Shown: in pieces, positions 60,614-64,000 of the stretch
Layout: every line of letters begins with the position of its first letter
Numbering within the stretch: the stretch's first letter is position 1
NCBI GenBank assembly: GCA_051530055.1
Contig: CM121342.1
Coordinates: 8,633,480-8,697,479 of the forward strand
Length of the DNA: 64,000 nt
Origin: Neoechinorhynchus agilis
Lineage: Eukaryota > Animalia > Acanthocephala
Direction of reading: 5' to 3'
Notes under the pieces: generated by a model
Seen by the model: only the letters and a program-made list of their open reading frames with translations
Database searches by the model: none
Told to the model about the DNA's origin: nothing
Program-made: the position numbers and the translations under genes

Positions 60614-61930
60614 GTATGAAATCCACTTATGGAAAATTTATTTCGAATTTGATTGCGGATGTTGAATTAAAAGGATTGGCGGCTTTTATTCGAAATTTGA
60701 TCGGAACACAGCAATTTTCTCTTCCTTAATGAAAGGAAACGGCGAAAGGAGGCTACGGACGACTATTTGCATTCTCAGAATTCTTGAAAATTTACTTAAA
60801 AGTAAGTTCGAACTTTGGGATACGAACAATCATAAAAGATTGTCTGCATACAACTGGGAATAAATGCAATACGTGATTCTGAAATCAAAATCTACATGAG
60901 ATCATAGTAAAAATTGAGGAAGGTTTTTCAATCTGATGGACCTTTAACTTATTAAAGAGAAATAAATAAGCGATACAAATAAAAGATTTGTAATGGTCTG
61001 TTTCGTAAAAATAAAGATTATAGAGATTTTCAAAATAAACTAATATGATTCTCCTATGATATAAAAAATTCATATTTTCCTATTGATATTCAGATATTTA
61101 AAAGTTCCTAGAAGCGTCCGTTGTAGTCGCGATAAGGAAAGGAAAATAATATGAAAAATGGCATCAATATTATCCTAGATTTTTAAAATTATCCAAAATA
61201 GAAACGAAATTCCAAGATATCATTGGTGAAAATAAATGTTCGGGTTGAATAAAAATGCGATTTCATTTGAGAGAATTGTAAGGGGATCACTTATATTTCG
61301 TTGATGAATTATTAATGTCAACCTCCTGAGTATGCGTCAGATGGGTTCTAAAATTGTTTCGCAAGAATTTTCAATGTAAAATCCGCTTTATTTAGAATTC
61401 AAAATGCATCTCAGCGACATTTTCTGCATGTCATTACTTCATAAAAATAAATTTTTTAAAGTATGCAATGACCGAGTGTATTGCTGCTATAACGAGTTGG
61501 ATTTTTTTAAAGAAACTCCGATTCCTTTATTCGTTTTTTTGTTAAAGTTATAGTTCTTATCCTCAAAGCAAGAGGCGTTAAACTTGAAGATTTAAGGACA
61601 ATGCTGCCACCAGATAACAAGCGGAGGAAATATTGAATTAAAATCTAGCAAACTAACGTTCCAATAATCTGGAAAAATAGATTGAATCATGCCGCAGACG
61701 TTTTTTTAACGCAACCTAATAATTTACGAAAGACACAAAGATTAAGGGATTATCCTTAAACTCTTTATCCGTATTATCCACCTTTTGCTTGATACCTATT
61801 AATGCAACAAGACTAAGCTTGATTTTATATCAGTTTTAAAGTTGAGTTCACCAAGAGCTCCTTTGAACTTCTTATTTCTTTTCTTATTAATGGTTTTTAC
61901 CATTGCGTCGGTCCATGGACTAAAACGTTT

Positions 61931-62080
61931 ATTACAATTTCGGTGAGAATAATCCCGGTCATTACATATTTTATTTATTCGAACTGACAAACAATGACTG
62001 AAGAGGCGAGGATACCTCGCGAAATATTTCGAATAAATAAAATATTTGATGACCGGGATTATTCTCACCGAAAGTGTAAT
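61931..62080 (+). mobile_element. Palindromic element (~53-bp arms) with an intact hammerhead-like core at 61995-62031
   Basis: Arms attacaatttcggtgagaataatcccggtcat..tattttatttattcgaa / ttcgaataaataaaata..atgaccgggattattctcaccgaaagtgtaat. Core UGA-CUGAAGA-G-GCGAGG(aua)CCUCGC-GAA-AUAU-U-UCG. Confidence 0.82.
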
Positions 62081-64000
62081 TTCATTATCCCGAAGGACTT
62101 TCTATCGATGGTTAAAACGTTTATTTTTTTGCTAAAATCATGCTTTTACGGACCTTTCAAATCTTGGGATGCAGCGTTTTGAAATGAAATCGAATTTTCT
62201 GAACTTATTATAAATTGAAATTTAGCCTAACACCCTCGCATTCTGTCAGAAAAATACTTTAATTTGAGAACGTTAATCAAACTCAAAATTTAGGTTCAGC
62301 CATCTCGATAACACGAAAATAAAGGTACAGTAAAACGTCGTTTATCCGAATCAGATATGAGATTTTTCGGCTGACCGAAAATCCATTTTAATATGTTTTT
62401 AAAATGCAGGCGAGAGTGGTTTAAAAAGGCAAAGTTGGCTTACAATTACATAATTTTAGCTTTATTGTTGAAAATAACACCTTCGCTTCTTTTCGCTGCA
62501 AGATCTCTGATTCTCTTGAGCTACAATAGTTTAGTAGGACAGCATTCTGATTGGGAGAATTGACGTTTCAGATAATCTACGTTCCATTGTGTACTTAATT
62601 CGGTCCCGCTTGTAGCTAAGTAAATTATCATCAGAAATTTTATTACATTTCGAGTATGCTTTGATTCTTAATAATTTTGTTCCAAATTATGTCGATTATA
62701 CGATAAAACTCGTTTCTTGTAGTTTGTGCATTATCTTCTCCCCTAAAACACTAAATTGTTCACCAGAAAAACCTACAAATTTTGTTATTTTTAGCACGCT
62801 TGGTGATGTTGATAGCGTAAGTAAACATAGAATAAAATTCTACCCATTTACTTTGTCCGTGTGTACCGGATTTAAAAATTGCCATTGAAATCTGCTTTCA
62901 AGAATAACTCCAAAGGATTTTAACGCTTTTGAAATGGCGCAACGGAATTTTGTTAGATTACGATTCTTTTTTGGAATAAAATGTTTGTTTGAAAACTACA
63001 TTTCAAAATACCTATTTCTCTTATGGGTAGAGCAGTCAATTCCCATAGAATCAAGACTAATTGATTTTCCAAATTTAATTTTTTTAAGGAAATGCCACCG
63101 TTCTCTTTCCCCAAAAAGTCATTAGAACTGTTTAAATTTTGGCATGACTTGATTTCTTGTTAAACTTTCTTATCGCAATCAGTGATGGAATTTATGATCG
63201 ACTTCGCCTCTCTCTATTAATCCTCCATCCGACAAGATTTTTCCAGCCATTAGATTGTTTCACAAGCCCTTATGAGCGGCCTACACGGATGTAATTGACT
63301 CAGTCACATACACTCCGTTCCTTATGTTTGTAGACATGAGAAGTGCAATATTGGATCTACTTAGACTATAAATATCATGTGCTCCATGTACTTTATAATC
63401 TCTTTCGAAACAACTTCTGGTTTATAGAATCAAATGAGTCGATTAGAAAAACTGGTGTTGTCTCACAAGTGGGTAACTCACAAAATTGTTATTTTTATGA
63501 GAAGAAACATTAGACTGCATTTGACGGAACTATTCTGAATGTTTATTTTGCTATGTACCTCCTTATTCTTCTTGTGTATGCGAGTCTACACAATCATTAT
63601 GCACTGCAACAGAGCGCTTCGTAAATGTAGTATCGTTTCAGTAGCTTTGAATTTAATAATAGTCTCGTTCGTTTTATTGAACTGAAACTAGGACAAAAGA
63701 CACCATCTGAATAAAAACTGGCGTTGCTCTCTTATTTGAAGGTTTCATTAAATACAAAAGTTTCAACTGGTGTTTGCGAAGATTAATAGGGGAAATTTGT
63801 TGTTCTGTCAATTGGGATATTCTTAGGCTAAATGGCGAGGGAAAGTACGACCTTATCGTTTTCGTCTGCGCCGTTTTGCAGATATGGCTCATGCACCTTT
63901 CACCTCTCCCCCCAACATGAGTCAGTTTTTAAATAAAAAAGGTGAATATATTCATTTTGCAGAAGGAAAAACGAGGCTGATGATCACCTACAGACTATTG

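Noticed and set aside
63977-64000. CUGAUGA-U at the window end
   Set aside because: The next base is not the G10.1 seen in all other copies, and the sequence is truncated.
1-64000. Assigning the sequence to Oikopleura or another named taxon
   Set aside because: Intron size, possible GA-AG donors and TTTAG acceptors are compatible with a larvacean but not diagnostic; this needs a BLAST of WBP11, PAP and CTNS.
1-64000. tRNA or rRNA genes
   Set aside because: None recognised by eye; a tRNAscan-SE/barrnap run would be needed to exclude them.

Overview
AT-rich, gene-compact metazoan genomic DNA, not prokaryotic: introns are 43-58 nt and the host lineage cannot be fixed from this window. Host genes: the 3' part of a poly(A) polymerase, followed 131 bp later by an RPP38/L7Ae-like ORF; an orphan 3-exon gene; three cystinosin (CTNS) paralogs with patchwork sequence identity; an intronless WBP11; a cytochrome b561; and an orphan Q/N/P-rich gene. 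The rest is mostly decayed retroelements: about 8 CRE-like RT-RLE fragments, RTE-like LINEs, APE-RT LINEs, four Ty3/Gypsy pieces and three Penelope-like GIY-YIG fragments. There is also a ~235-bp satellite and an ~825-bp direct duplication. The most notable signal is about 11 minimal type-I hammerhead-ribozyme-like cores. They sit either just 3' of GIY-YIG ORFs or in the loop of short ORF-less palindromic elements. Nine cores are complete enough to show an extra nucleotide after CUGANGA, and stem III is a 4-nt palindrome (AUAU/ACGU/AAUU). Other signals: two introns that seem to need non-GT donors (GA/GG/GC), one GC-AG intron, splice acceptors just upstream of start codons (possible SL trans-splicing or an operon), a fold-back CRE mini-element with an 11-bp TSD, and a chimeric RTE-CRE insertion. 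All alignments, folds and splice models were done by eye; no searches were run.
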